Positions 7,153 to 17,109 of a stretch of 47,543 nt of DNA are shown here, piece by piece. How positions within the stretch are numbered: the stretch's first letter is position 1; every line of letters begins with the position of its first letter. The translations under genes were made by a program, and so were the position numbers. The notes below the pieces were generated by a model. It did not search any database and was not told the origin of the DNA. It saw only the letters and a program-made list of their open reading frames with translations. The stretch lies in the NCBI GenBank assembly GCA_026338065.1, contig JAPKXI010000028.1:1-47543 (forward strand), read 5' to 3'. This DNA is from Lachnospiraceae bacterium (GTDB lineage: Bacteria; Bacillota; Clostridia; Lachnospirales; Lachnospiraceae).

Positions 7153-9840
7153 CTACTTTGCATCAAACCAGCTAGTTCCGGTATGCATATCTACTTCTAA
7201 CTTTACCTGTAAATCAGCCGCATGCATCATCTCTTCCTCTAAAATTTGACTGACGATATCGACTTCTTCCTGATGTGTCTCAATCAGCAGTTCATCATGT
7301 ACTTGTAAAATCAATCTGGATTTCAGCTTCTGTTCTCTTAACCGCCGCTCCACCCGAATCATAGCAATTTTAATAATATCCGCTGCCGTACCCTGAATAG
7401 GAGAATTCATAGCAATTCTTTCTCCAAATGACCGCTGCGTATAATTAGAAGAAGTAATCTCCGGCAGCGGTCGCCGTCTTCCAAACATCGTAACCGAATA
7501 CCCCTTTTCTTTTGCCTCTGTCACCAACTGATCCAAAAAACGCTTAATCCCGGGATAAGCCTGAAAATATTGTTCAATATACTCCTGTGCCTCTGTCTTG
7601 GACACGCTTAAATCCTGACTCAACCCAAATGAGCTGATGCCATAGACAATTCCAAAATTGACCGCTTTTGCATTTCTTCGCTGCAGTGGTGTCACTTCTT
7701 CCAAAGGAACATGAAATACTTTGGAAGCAGTTGTACTATGAATATCTTCCGCATCCCGATATGCTTCAATCAGATGCTGATCCCCTGACATATGGGCAAG
7801 CACCCGAAGTTCAATCTGTGAATAATCAGCATCTAAAAAAACATAACCCGGCTCTGGTACAAAAACTTTTCGAATCTCTCTTCCTAACTCCATCCGTACC
7901 GGAATATTCTGCAAGTTCGGTTCGGTACTGCTGATTCTTCCCGTAGCAGTAATGGTCTGATTAAATTTTCCATGAATTCGTCCGTCCGCTCCAATATAAG
8001 CTGCCAGCCCGTCCGCATAGGTTGACTTTAATTTTGTATACTGCCGATACTCTAAAATCTCCCGCACTACCGGATATTCCGGTGCTAATTTTTCTAAGAC
8101 TTCTGCCGCTGTAGAGTACCCGGTCTTTGTCTTTTTCCCGCCGGAAAGTCCCATTTTCTCAAATAAAATCTCTCCTAACTGCTTCGGTGAATTAATATTA
8201 AACTGCTCTCCTACCTGTCGGTAAATAGATTCTTCTACCTCTTTAATCTTTATGGCAAGCCGCTTTCCATATTCTTGAAGTTCCTCCTTATTCGCCCGAA
8301 TCCCCCACTGCTCCATACGATATAGAGTAAAAATCAAAGGCATTTCCACCGTTTCAAAAAGTTTCTGCATCCCCTGTTTTTCTAACCGTTCTTTTAAAAC
8401 CGGCTGGGCTAAAAACGGAATTAAACTGTTAAAACAGCAGTACTTTAAGAATTCTTCCGGCTTTTCTTCCTGTGCCTGTTTAAGTGACATCTTTCCCAAA
8501 AGTTCACTTCTTCCCGGCACAATCCGATGCAGATAATCCCTTGCCACTTCCTCATACCCATAGGCATCTTTTAATGGATTCAGCAGATACGCTGCAATTC
8601 CTACATCAAACTTTCGCTCTTCTGTTACTGCAGTTTCTGTTCCTTTCCAGGTATCTGCTCTTTCTAAATAGGGCAGATTTTCTTTTATATTCAGAAAAAT
8701 ACTGTTTGGAGAAACTTGAACCAGCCGATGCCAGCACTGCAGCAGATATTCTTCTGTCATAAAAAACTGAATCGGTATAAAATAAGCCTGTCCTTCCGAA
8801 AAAGCAAGCGACAATCCTAATAACATTCCATCCTCTGCAATTCCAGATACCGCTACCCTTTTTTTCTTTTCCGCCTTTCGAAAAATTTCCCCTGCCTCAC
8901 TAAAATCCTCTAAAAGAATAAACTGTTCCGTTCCCTCTTTTGTCAGTTCAGCCTGTTCTGCAGAAAAATCCATTTTGTTAAAATATCGGTAAATCAGACT
9001 TTTAAATTCTAACTGCTGAAATACTTGATACGTTTCTTTGGTAAAAAAATTTTCTTTTTTGGCGTCCTCTTTTTTATATTCCAATTCACAGTCTGTTTTA
9101 ATTGTTGCCAGTACTTTGGAAAGCTGTGCCAAATGATAATGCTCTTTTAACATTTTCTGTGCTTTAGGCAGTTTAATTTCTTCAATATGTGCATAGGCAT
9201 TTTCTATTGAACCAAAACTTTGAATAATCTTGGCGGCTGTTTTTTCTCCAATGCTTGGCACTCCCGGAATATTATCGGAAGAATCTCCCATTAATGCCTT
9301 CATATCAATAAATTGTATGGGAGTTACACCATATTTTGTTTTTACATCCTCTTCATAATAATCCTCTACTTCTGTTACACCCTTTTTCGTCTTTGGGATC
9401 CGAATCTGAATCTGACTAGATGCCATCTGCAAAAGGTCTCGATCTCCAGACAGTATTACTACTTTCATTCCCTCTGTCTCTGCCTTTTTTGCCAGACTTC
9501 CAAGAATATCGTCTGCTTCCCATCCGGCATGTTCTAAATAAAGAATTTTCATCGCAGCAAGTACTTCCTTAATCCTAGGAAGCTGTTCTGCTAATTCTTC
9601 CGGCATAGGCTTTCGATTTCCTTTATACTCTTCATACATCTCATGCCGAAACGTAGGTTCTTTTCGATCAAACGCTACTGTAATATAATCCGGGGTTTCC
9701 TCTTCCACTACTTTCATAAGAATATGAATAAATCCCAACACTGCATTTGTATGCTGTCCATTGGAATTTGTCATATCCGGTAATCCGTAAAAAGCACGAT
9801 TTAAAATACTGTTTCCGTCAATCAGTAATATTTTTTCCAT
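7153..9840 (-). CDS. polA: DNA polymerase I
   Basis: 895 aa. The N-terminal 5'-3' exonuclease begins MEKILLIDGNSILNRAFYG, and the C-terminal family A polymerase motifs are present (RRxAKxxNFGxxYG, LILQVHDEL). Confidence 0.95.
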   Translation of the reverse strand: MEKILLIDGNSILNRAFYGLPDMTNSNGQHTNAVLGFIHILMKVVEEETPDYITVAFDRKEPTFRHEMYEEYKGNRKPMPEELAEQLPRIKEVLAAMKILYLEHAGWEADDILGSLAKKAETEGMKVVILSGDRDLLQMASSQIQIRIPKTKKGVTEVEDYYEEDVKTKYGVTPIQFIDMKALMGDSSDNIPGVPSIGEKTAAKIIQSFGSIENAYAHIEEIKLPKAQKMLKEHYHLAQLSKVLATIKTDCELEYKKEDAKKENFFTKETYQVFQQLEFKSLIYRYFNKMDFSAEQAELTKEGTEQFILLEDFSEAGEIFRKAEKKKRVAVSGIAEDGMLLGLSLAFSEGQAYFIPIQFFMTEEYLLQCWHRLVQVSPNSIFLNIKENLPYLERADTWKGTETAVTEERKFDVGIAAYLLNPLKDAYGYEEVARDYLHRIVPGRSELLGKMSLKQAQEEKPEEFLKYCCFNSLIPFLAQPVLKERLEKQGMQKLFETVEMPLIFTLYRMEQWGIRANKEELQEYGKRLAIKIKEVEESIYRQVGEQFNINSPKQLGEILFEKMGLSGGKKTKTGYSTAAEVLEKLAPEYPVVREILEYRQYTKLKSTYADGLAAYIGADGRIHGKFNQTITATGRISSTEPNLQNIPVRMELGREIRKVFVPEPGYVFLDADYSQIELRVLAHMSGDQHLIEAYRDAEDIHSTTASKVFHVPLEEVTPLQRRNAKAVNFGIVYGISSFGLSQDLSVSKTEAQEYIEQYFQAYPGIKRFLDQLVTEAKEKGYSVTMFGRRRPLPEITSSNYTQRSFGERIAMNSPIQGTAADIIKIAMIRVERRLREQKLKSRLILQVHDELLIETHQEEVDIVSQILEEEMMHAADLQVKLEVDMHTGTSWFDAK

Positions 9841-9882
9841 TTTTTCTCCCGCTTTTATTCCTATTCTTTCCTTTTCTTTATT

Positions 9883-10218
9883 TTATATCCATTTTATTAT
9901 CTGAAATGCAATTCCCAATCCTACAAGAATATGCAAAATAATAATGACCAGCCGGTTAAAAGAGCGAATCTGCCGAATCCGTTCAAAACGAATTTCTTCT
10001 TCTAGTATTTTATTCTCCAACAACTGGCTAAAATTATACGAAATATTTCTTTCTTCTTTTAATTCCTGTAAACCAATAGAAAGCATAAACATAATTTCTA
10101 GCTCTTCATAACAGTCCTCACAGGTTTGTACATGTTGAATAAAGCCTTCCATTTCTTGGTTTTCTAACGTATCATCTAAAAACCCGGGAATCATTCTCTG
10201 CCATTCTTTACATATCAT
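9883..10218 (-). CDS. Small zf-HC2 (anti-sigma-factor-like) membrane protein, orphan
   Basis: HVQTCEDCYEE matches the H-x3-C-x2-C zinc motif of anti-sigma N-domains, and there is a C-terminal TM helix. No sigma factor gene is adjacent. Confidence 0.55.
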   Translation of the reverse strand: MICKEWQRMIPGFLDDTLENQEMEGFIQHVQTCEDCYEELEIMFMLSIGLQELKEERNISYNFSQLLENKILEEEIRFERIRQIRSFNRLVIIILHILVGLGIAFQIIKWI

Positions 10219-10337
10219 CTTTTTTCGTCCTTTCTGGCATTTTCCAGTTTAACAGGTTATTGCTTTTATTCTAGCACAAGAATCCTAAGATTGCAAAGAA
10301 AAGATATAGGAATCCTAGTCGAAAAGTGGGGGGAGGA

Positions 10338-10575
10338 CGCCAGAGTATGGCATTGCAGTACTGTTTCGCTCTACAGAAAGTAAGAAGCTCTAAGACTTCT
10401 GAATTTAGATGCATCCAACCGGACGGACCGGGGTGCAATTCGCCCGTGCTGCGGGCTAAACACACCCCTTTTTTTGCCATTCAAGAATGGCAAAAAATCC
10501 TAATGAATCGACAGAAGTCTAAAAGCTTCTAACTTTCCTCCGAAGTCACAGTACTGCAATGCCATACTCTGGCTG
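10338..10575 (-). repeat. Family A structured repeat, copy A2 (inverted relative to A1)
   Basis: Outer stem gccagagtatggcattgcagtactg/cagtactgcaatgccatactctggc is perfectly paired but differs in sequence from A1. The inner core and the tttttttgccattcaagaatggcaaaaaa hairpin are conserved. Confidence 0.85.
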
Positions 10576-10668
10576 TCTTTTTCCACAATATAGGTATTCT
10601 TTTTTCTCTTTTTTTGTTTTTTTAATCTATCAAGGAAGTAGCGGAGCGAATTCCGAATTTCCTTTGAC

Positions 10669-10712
10669 TTAATAAAATAAAAGGCAGTTATCTTATCTTT
10701 TGATAACTGCCC
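10669..10712 (-). terminator. Rho-independent terminator downstream of tRNA-Leu
   Basis: Minus-strand hairpin ggcagttatc-aaaagataa-gataactgcc followed by TTTTATTTTATT. Confidence 0.6.
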
Positions 10713-10897
10713 AAACTAATGGTGAATAAAATTTGTTATGTTCTTTCTATTTTTATAATCGAGTAGGGAAGGCTGCCTCCTCTACTCGCCGTGCTAAATG
10801 TCTGTCAGTTCTGCTGACATCGTTCCTTGAGACATCTGTGTACATAAAAAAAATTCCCTGTAAACATTTCGTCTACAGAGAACGCCCCTGCCAAGAG

Positions 10898-10980
10898 TGC
10901 CGCAGGCCGGACTTGAACCGGCACGAGGTCGCCCCCGCTAGATTTTGAGTCTAGTGCGTCTGCCATTCCGCCACTGCGGC
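10898..10980 (-). tRNA. tRNA-Leu (anticodon CAA), type II with long variable arm
   Basis: The reverse complement reads GCCGCAGTGGCGGAATGGCAGACGCACTAGACTCAAAATCTAGCGGGGGCGACCTCGTGCCGGTTCAAGTCCGGCCTGCGGCA. Acceptor 7 bp, anticodon stem CTAGA/TCTAG, loop CTCAAAA, TPsiC GGTTCAAGTCC. No CCA is encoded. Confidence 0.85.
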
Positions 10981-10999
10981 AATTCCTTAACACTTGATA

Positions 11000-11028
11000 A
11001 GTCTATCATAGAAATAAATCCTTGTCAA
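11000..11028 (-). promoter_or_regulatory. Putative sigma-A promoter for tRNA-Leu
   Basis: Minus-strand TTGACA, 17 nt, TAGACT, about 20 nt upstream of the tRNA 5' end. Confidence 0.4.
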
Positions 11029-11130
11029 CTCTTTTTTTACAAATTTCGAAATTTGCTTGATATGGTTTTTTACAAATTTATTGTATCGTTTTTTTGAGAA
11101 TTTTTCTGTAACTTTTTTTACAGTTATAAA

Positions 11131-13503
11131 CTACTCTGCTGCCCGCATCTGCTCTATTAGGGATTGTTTTTTCTGCCTATGAATCACCCAAGCGGTCAGG
11201 ATAAATTCTATACTAAACAGTCCCAAGATAAACAGTCCCATTTCAAGGGTAGGAAATTGATATGGAACAATTTTGCCGCTAAAAGATCGCTTGCTCAGTT
11301 CCCTGCATACCATAACTGCAATTGGAAGCCCCATAAATAAGACTGTCAAAATAACAAAACAGGTATAACAAAGCCCCTCACAAATATTCATCTGATATAG
11401 TTGTTTCTTTGTCAGACCAATCGAGCACAAGATGCTGTTTTCCCGTTTTCGAAACATCTGATTGGAAAGTGTCGTATTGATTAAATTAATAACTCCAAAC
11501 AGGAAAATCAACCAAGAAAATGCCTGCATACTCCCGAAAATAAAAGAATTTTGCCATTTCTCATATTCAATATGTGCCTCAATAGTATCCAATCCAATAT
11601 TGCTGTGGTTAGACAGGATTTTTTGCAGTCCGTTTTCCACGCTCTCTGATTTTTCTGAATCACTGACAATACTCCAAGAATAGTCAAAATTTTTAATTTC
11701 AGGCAGAATCTCTTGAAATAGTGCTTCTGGTGCAAACATAGAAACACTGTCAAGAAAAAGTGCACCATGCCCATTTCCAATCTTAGTTACATCAAATAAA
11801 CCACATATCGTAACAGTCGTGGTTTTTTGACCCAAAGACAGTTCCATAACCGCCCCTACCGTCATATCATCATAATGTTTATAATAATTTGTACCCAAAA
11901 TAACGCTGTGTGAATCCTTCGGCATCGTACCAGATATCAGTGCAGCTTCTACTGACAAAACATTTTCGTGAGTCAGCATATCGCACATACCTACGGAAGC
12001 ATTTTTAGAAGTCCGAAATGCTGCATGTACGGATCTGCGTGTAACCAGCACCTCTGCTACCCCATCCACAGATAAAATTTCCTGCCGCAGCTCTTCATTC
12101 AGCGGATTATCGATACTCATAATTTCCGTTTCTGACTGCTCCGAAGCCAAATAGATTTTATAATCTCCGTCCGAAAAAAACAGCCTTGCCGCCTGCTCCG
12201 GCGATCGAGTCAGCAGCATAGAAGATACAATTAAAAGAATCATTCCACCCAAACTTAAAGATGCTACAATACTAACCGCCTTTCTGCGATCACGCAGAAA
12301 ATTCGCTATCCCCATAGATACAGGATTTAATTTTATATGTTTCTTCCGACTGTATATTTTTTCCTGTCCCATAGAAAAACGCATTGCTTCCAGCGGTGAA
12401 ATTCCGGCAGCTATTTTAACTGGTCTGCGAACAGAAACAGCCACCATAAACCAGCAGATCCATACTGTCAGAAAAACAACCATCCCATAAGAAACGATAT
12501 AAACACCCTTTGGGAATAAAACCAATCCTGCACAGACTCCCAAAAAAACTCCAAACAAAATTCCCATACTGCCAAGCTGTCGGCTCTCTCTCTTTACTAT
12601 GCCCCGAAGCTGTTTTGGCGTTGTGCCAATTGTACGAAGCTGTCCATAACTTCGAATCTTATTATTGACAGAGATGCAAAAAATACTCTGAATAACAACA
12701 TAGCCGCCAATCAGTACAAGAATTGCAGCACCGCCAACTGTAACAAAATCAATCGACCTTGAATAATAAGTGAAATAATTACTATTTATTCCCGCAGGAG
12801 GCAGATCATATTGAGCGGCAATCTCTTTGCAGCGGGCAGTTATAATCTCCTGACCGAGCTGCCGATCATTCTGAAAATGTACATAGGCACGATATCCAAC
12901 CGGATTAAAGCCTGCCCATTCTGTCAATGTCTCCTTTGAAACAACAAAGACACAGATATTTTCCTCTTCCTCACTCATACCCCTCATAATACCAGTCACC
13001 ATATATTCCCCTTGAAAACTTTCCGTATCCAACAGAACCGTTTCACCAATTCCAGCATTAGAGCCATAAGCAGAAAGAAAATATTCGCTGACAACAACTT
13101 CATTTGCCTGTTTCGGAAGCCGTCCTTTTACCAATTCCATCTGACTGCGGGCAATATACATCATCTCACTGTCACAGTACACATACGATGCATGATATCC
13201 CCGTTCCGAGTGCTCCTGCCCCAACAGATAATATTCACCCACGCGGGCAAACTCTGGCAAACCTTTTAAAACTGCCACATCCGATTCATCAACACCAGTA
13301 AAAACCGCCTCATAAGTATCAGCCACCTGACGGCGTTGCATCTGTGTAATTGAAACAGATGTAATTCCTGCAAAACAAATCAAAAATGCCGCCAATCCAA
13401 CCGCAACCACTACCATCAGATTCCTGCGTCTCTCACTTTTCAGACTCCTTTTTGCTAACTTCTTTACAACAGCACGGGTATCATTTTCAAAAGGCCAAGT
13501 CAT
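11131..13503 (-). CDS. FtsX-family ABC transporter permease (BceB-like, ~10 TM with a large extracellular loop), no adjacent ATPase
   Basis: 790 aa. N-terminus KKLAKRSLKSERRRNLMVVVAVGLAAF is typical of BceB/YxdM-type permeases, with repeated FtsX 4-TM modules. Confidence 0.75.
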   Translation of the reverse strand: MTWPFENDTRAVVKKLAKRSLKSERRRNLMVVVAVGLAAFLICFAGITSVSITQMQRRQVADTYEAVFTGVDESDVAVLKGLPEFARVGEYYLLGQEHSERGYHASYVYCDSEMMYIARSQMELVKGRLPKQANEVVVSEYFLSAYGSNAGIGETVLLDTESFQGEYMVTGIMRGMSEEEENICVFVVSKETLTEWAGFNPVGYRAYVHFQNDRQLGQEIITARCKEIAAQYDLPPAGINSNYFTYYSRSIDFVTVGGAAILVLIGGYVVIQSIFCISVNNKIRSYGQLRTIGTTPKQLRGIVKRESRQLGSMGILFGVFLGVCAGLVLFPKGVYIVSYGMVVFLTVWICWFMVAVSVRRPVKIAAGISPLEAMRFSMGQEKIYSRKKHIKLNPVSMGIANFLRDRRKAVSIVASLSLGGMILLIVSSMLLTRSPEQAARLFFSDGDYKIYLASEQSETEIMSIDNPLNEELRQEILSVDGVAEVLVTRRSVHAAFRTSKNASVGMCDMLTHENVLSVEAALISGTMPKDSHSVILGTNYYKHYDDMTVGAVMELSLGQKTTTVTICGLFDVTKIGNGHGALFLDSVSMFAPEALFQEILPEIKNFDYSWSIVSDSEKSESVENGLQKILSNHSNIGLDTIEAHIEYEKWQNSFIFGSMQAFSWLIFLFGVINLINTTLSNQMFRKRENSILCSIGLTKKQLYQMNICEGLCYTCFVILTVLFMGLPIAVMVCRELSKRSFSGKIVPYQFPTLEMGLFILGLFSIEFILTAWVIHRQKKQSLIEQMRAAE

Positions 13504-13753
13504 AATCCACCGCCTCCTGAACCCAAACTCCTATCCCTCTCAATCCCCACAACCCCCACAATTTACTCCACCGAACAGCACCATCCCGCCATCCCCCAAA
13601 AACATTCCAAACAATCCTCTGCAATACTTTCATCTTAACCTAAGACACTCCTTTCTAAACAATTTACCTTATAGAGCCTATTATAAAATCCAAATATCAC
13701 AGAAATGTCCGAATGAAACCATTCTCGTTTCATTTTTTATGACCCCATTCTTT

Positions 13754-14422
13754 CTATCTTCTATCCTCTATCTTCCCCTTTTCACAAAACGGTTTCTCGT
13801 TTCGTTTCTCACAGGACTGTTTCGAAAAAATACAACCGCAGTAATTCTGCCGATAAAGTCCATACTCCCTTGAAAGTTCAATAGAACGCTGGTATCCATT
13901 CTTCTTCTTAAAATCAGAAAAAAGATAAGGTACACCATACTCTTCTGAAAGAACCGCACCAATTTCATTTAACTTCTCTGCATTTTTCAAAGGACTAATA
14001 CTCAAAGTAGTTGTAAAATAATCAAATCCCCCCTGTTGTGCCATCCGAGCTGTCTCCTCTAATCTTAACCTATAGCAACGAAAACACCTCTCTCCGCCTT
14101 CCCTTTCCCCTTCTAATCCCTTTACCGCATCAAAAAATCGCTCCTGTCTATACTCTCCCTCCAAAAAATGCACCGGATACCGAAACGGCATAGCAGCAAT
14201 CAACCGCTTCTCCTCCTCTACCCGATACCGATATTCCTTCTCAGGAGAAATATTCGGATTAAAATAAAACACCGTAATTTCAAAATAATTCGATAAATAC
14301 TCCATTACATAACTAGAACAAGGGGCACAACAACTATGTAAAAGAAGTCTCTTTCCTATCCCCTCCTGTTCCTGCATTTTTTCCAATATCCGTTCCAATA
14401 TCTTCTGATAATTCTCAGCCAT
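13754..14422 (-). CDS. queH: Epoxyqueuosine reductase QueH (DUF208)
   Basis: LLLHSCCAPCSSYVMEYL motif (the CCAPC cluster of QueH), 222 aa. Confidence 0.8.
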   Translation of the reverse strand: MAENYQKILERILEKMQEQEGIGKRLLLHSCCAPCSSYVMEYLSNYFEITVFYFNPNISPEKEYRYRVEEEKRLIAAMPFRYPVHFLEGEYRQERFFDAVKGLEGEREGGERCFRCYRLRLEETARMAQQGGFDYFTTTLSISPLKNAEKLNEIGAVLSEEYGVPYLFSDFKKKNGYQRSIELSREYGLYRQNYCGCIFSKQSCEKRNEKPFCEKGKIEDRR

Positions 14423-14574
14423 ACTCCTAAACTACATCCTTCCTAATTCAAAATCCCATCTCTATCCACACACCAAAAAATATCATACCACTCCTCATTC
14501 CACCAAACCACCCCAAAATTCCCTCCCATTCCCACCTGAATAAAAAATAAAAATCAAATCTATCGCCAGAAAGA

Positions 14575-14834
14575 ACCAGCTGGAGTTTGGAAGCCCTTTC
14601 TCTATGCAGTGACTTCGGAGAAAAGTTAGAAAGTCTTATGCCTCTGTCGATCTCCTAGGATTTTTGCCATCTTCTGATGGCAAAAAAGGGGTGTGTTTAG
14701 CCCGCTGCACGGGCGAATTGCACCCCGGTCCGTCCGGTTGGATATATTTTCATTCAGAGGCATAAGACTTTCTTACTTTTCGGAGAGCGGAACAGCATAG
14801 AGAAAGGGCTTCCAAACTCCAGCGTCCTCTACAC
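14575..14834 (+). repeat. Family A structured repeat, copy A3
   Basis: Outer stem ccagctggagtttggaagccctttctctatgcag/cagcatagagaaagggcttccaaactccagcg. Second stem ttagaaagtcttatgcctctg/cagaggcataagactttcttac. Both carry compensatory changes relative to A1, and the core is identical to A1. Confidence 0.85.
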
Positions 14835-14970
14835 CATCCCCCAGCTTTTCCATCCTAATATCCACACATCATCCCCCAACTTTCCCATCTCAATATCCAC
14901 ACCATCCCCCCAACTTTCCCATCTCAGTATCCACACCATTCCCATTCCCCTCAACCTTCACTTTTTTCTA

Positions 14971-16479
14971 TCAAGAAATCCCATACAACTTCTCATACTT
15001 TTCCGTAAGATACCCCACAAAATAATCAGGATTAAATTCCTCCCCAGTAGCTTCCTTTAAAATCTCCCGTGCCTCCTTAAAAGCACCATACTGGTGCACA
15101 TACCGATGCAAAAACTCCCGTACAGCCCCAATATTTCCCTTAGAAAGCTCCGCCTCCACATCTATCTCACTCTTCATCTTAGCATAAATCTGAGCCGCAA
15201 AAGCATTTCCAAGTGCATAAGAAGGAAAATACCCAATATCCCCCATAGACCAATGTACATCCTGCAAAATCCCCACCGTATCATTCTCTGGTACCACTCC
15301 CAAATACTCCTGATACTTCTCCTTCCAAAGCCGAGGCAGTTCCTCCACCTCCACTTCCCCATTTATCATCAGCTTTTCCAACTCATATCGAACCATAATA
15401 TGCAGACAATACGTCAGCTCATCTGCCTCTGTTCGAATCTCATCTGCCCGAACCCGATTAATTGCCGCTACAAACTGATCCAAAGAAACCTCCCCCAACT
15501 GTTCTGGAAACGTTTCTACTAACTTTCCATAAATAGGCACCCAAAAAGCCCGGCTCCTTCCAATCATATTTTCCATCAGCCGAGACTGTGACTCATGAAT
15601 CCCACAGGAAGCCCCTTCTCCCAACACGGTCTGCGTATACCGATCCGCAATCCCCTGTTCATAAATCGCATGTCCACTCTCATGAATTGTAGAAAAAATT
15701 GCCCCTGCCAAATTATCCTCATAATAATGAGTCGTAATCCGCACATCATGATTATGCCAAGCCGTTGTAAAAGGATGTTCACTTTCCGCAATCACTCCAC
15801 GATTCAAATCAAATCCAATATACTCCGCCAAAAACCGATTAAACTCCTTCTGCTTCTCAATATCATACTTCTGATACAAAAAAGAATCCTCAATCTGCGG
15901 CTTCTTTTGAATCTTTCGAAGCAGCGGAAGAATCCCCGCCTTTAGCTTTTCAAAAAATACGTCTAACACTTCCACGGAAAAATCCTCTTCATAATCATCT
16001 AAAAGCACATCATACCCGTTTAATTTCTCTGTCGCACCATAAGAAGCAAACTTTTTGCAGTATGCGATCACTTCCTTTAAATAAGGAGCAAAGATTGAAA
16101 AATCATTTTCTTTTTTTGCCCTCTGCCATGCCTTCTGCGACTTTGACTTCAGTTCCGCATAAGCCCGCTTCTCCTCCTTAGGAATTGCTTCTGTTTTTCT
16201 CAAATTTTTCTTTATTTTTCGAATAATCGCCTGCTCCGTCTCTTCCTGCTCCTTTGTCTCTTCTGTTTTAGACTCATAGTCCTCTAAAATCTTCTTTACC
16301 TGCGGATTAGTCAGACACAGAAAATCCTCTTCCGATAAAATCCCGATTACCTTTGCCGTATACTCTCCTGCTTCCTTTGGTGCAAGAGTTGCATCGTCCC
16401 AATCTAATAGGGCAAGTGCTGTCTGTAAAGCCATATGTTTTTCCAAATAAGGCACTAACTGTTCAAAAAGCTGACTCAT
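14971..16479 (-). CDS. M32 family carboxypeptidase (Taq-type)
   Basis: HESGHAIYEQG (HEXXH zinc site) and ILQDVHWSMGDIGYFPSY signature; 502 aa. Confidence 0.85.
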   Translation of the reverse strand: MSQLFEQLVPYLEKHMALQTALALLDWDDATLAPKEAGEYTAKVIGILSEEDFLCLTNPQVKKILEDYESKTEETKEQEETEQAIIRKIKKNLRKTEAIPKEEKRAYAELKSKSQKAWQRAKKENDFSIFAPYLKEVIAYCKKFASYGATEKLNGYDVLLDDYEEDFSVEVLDVFFEKLKAGILPLLRKIQKKPQIEDSFLYQKYDIEKQKEFNRFLAEYIGFDLNRGVIAESEHPFTTAWHNHDVRITTHYYEDNLAGAIFSTIHESGHAIYEQGIADRYTQTVLGEGASCGIHESQSRLMENMIGRSRAFWVPIYGKLVETFPEQLGEVSLDQFVAAINRVRADEIRTEADELTYCLHIMVRYELEKLMINGEVEVEELPRLWKEKYQEYLGVVPENDTVGILQDVHWSMGDIGYFPSYALGNAFAAQIYAKMKSEIDVEAELSKGNIGAVREFLHRYVHQYGAFKEAREILKEATGEEFNPDYFVGYLTEKYEKLYGIS

Positions 16480-16504
16480 AATAAACTCCTTTCTTTTTTA
16501 GCAA

Positions 16505-16543
16505 AACCGGAAAGCAGCCTTTTCTTCTCACTGCTTTCCGGTT
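16505..16543 (-). other. 13-bp perfect hairpin between the NUDIX and M32 genes (possible attenuator or terminator)
   Basis: aaccggaaagcag-N13-ctgctttccggtt lies 4 nt after the NUDIX stop and just before the M32 RBS. The U-run is weak on the minus strand. Confidence 0.4.
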
Positions 16544-16546
16544 ATT

Positions 16547-16999
16547 TTAAAAGTATTTCTTACTTCCCCAAAGATTATTCCTTTTTAAATCCAAATATTC
16601 GTTATAAGCTTTTTCTAAAATCTGCTTTTCATTTGAAAATTTTAATAAGTGGTAAGCCTCATGAAATTTATAATAACCTGAATCCATGAAAAACTCTTCC
16701 CGCTGTGGTTTGCTGTAATAGCTGTCCGACATCATCAGATACCAGTGTACATCTTTCTCTACCATATCAGCAGGAGTTGCAAACGTATATTGGCTCTTTC
16801 CTACATATTTAATTATATTTCCCTTTACTCCTGATTCCTCCAATACTTCACGTAACGCAGTCTCCTTATACTCTTCTCCAGCCTCTACAGTCCCTTTTGG
16901 TAATACCCATCCCTCATATTTATTCTTATAATTTTTATATAAGAGTAAAATCTTACCTCGAAAAATAACCACACCGCCACAGCTCGTTGCTTCAATCAT
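16547..16999 (-). CDS. NUDIX hydrolase
   Basis: Nudix box GWVLPKGTVEAGEEYKETALREVLEESGV. ATG at 16999 (MIEATS) has AGGAGG 7 nt upstream; the longer ORF would start on TTG. Confidence 0.8.
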   Translation of the reverse strand: MIEATSCGGVVIFRGKILLLYKNYKNKYEGWVLPKGTVEAGEEYKETALREVLEESGVKGNIIKYVGKSQYTFATPADMVEKDVHWYLMMSDSYYSKPQREEFFMDSGYYKFHEAYHLLKFSNEKQILEKAYNEYLDLKRNNLWGSKKYF

Positions 17000-17109
17000 T
17001 GCAATTCCTCCTGTCCTTTGGTGTGAAACCAAAACTAGGATAAGTATACCTCAATTGACAGAATTATGCAAGTAAATCCAAAAATATATAGAAATTTTCT
17101 GTTACTATT

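Noticed and set aside
13690-13745. Hairpin gaatgaaac-cattctc-gtttcatt plus T-run as a plus-strand terminator
   Set aside because: There is no plus-strand gene upstream to terminate. It may act bidirectionally for queH on the minus strand, but the minus-strand U-tract is poor, so it is not called.
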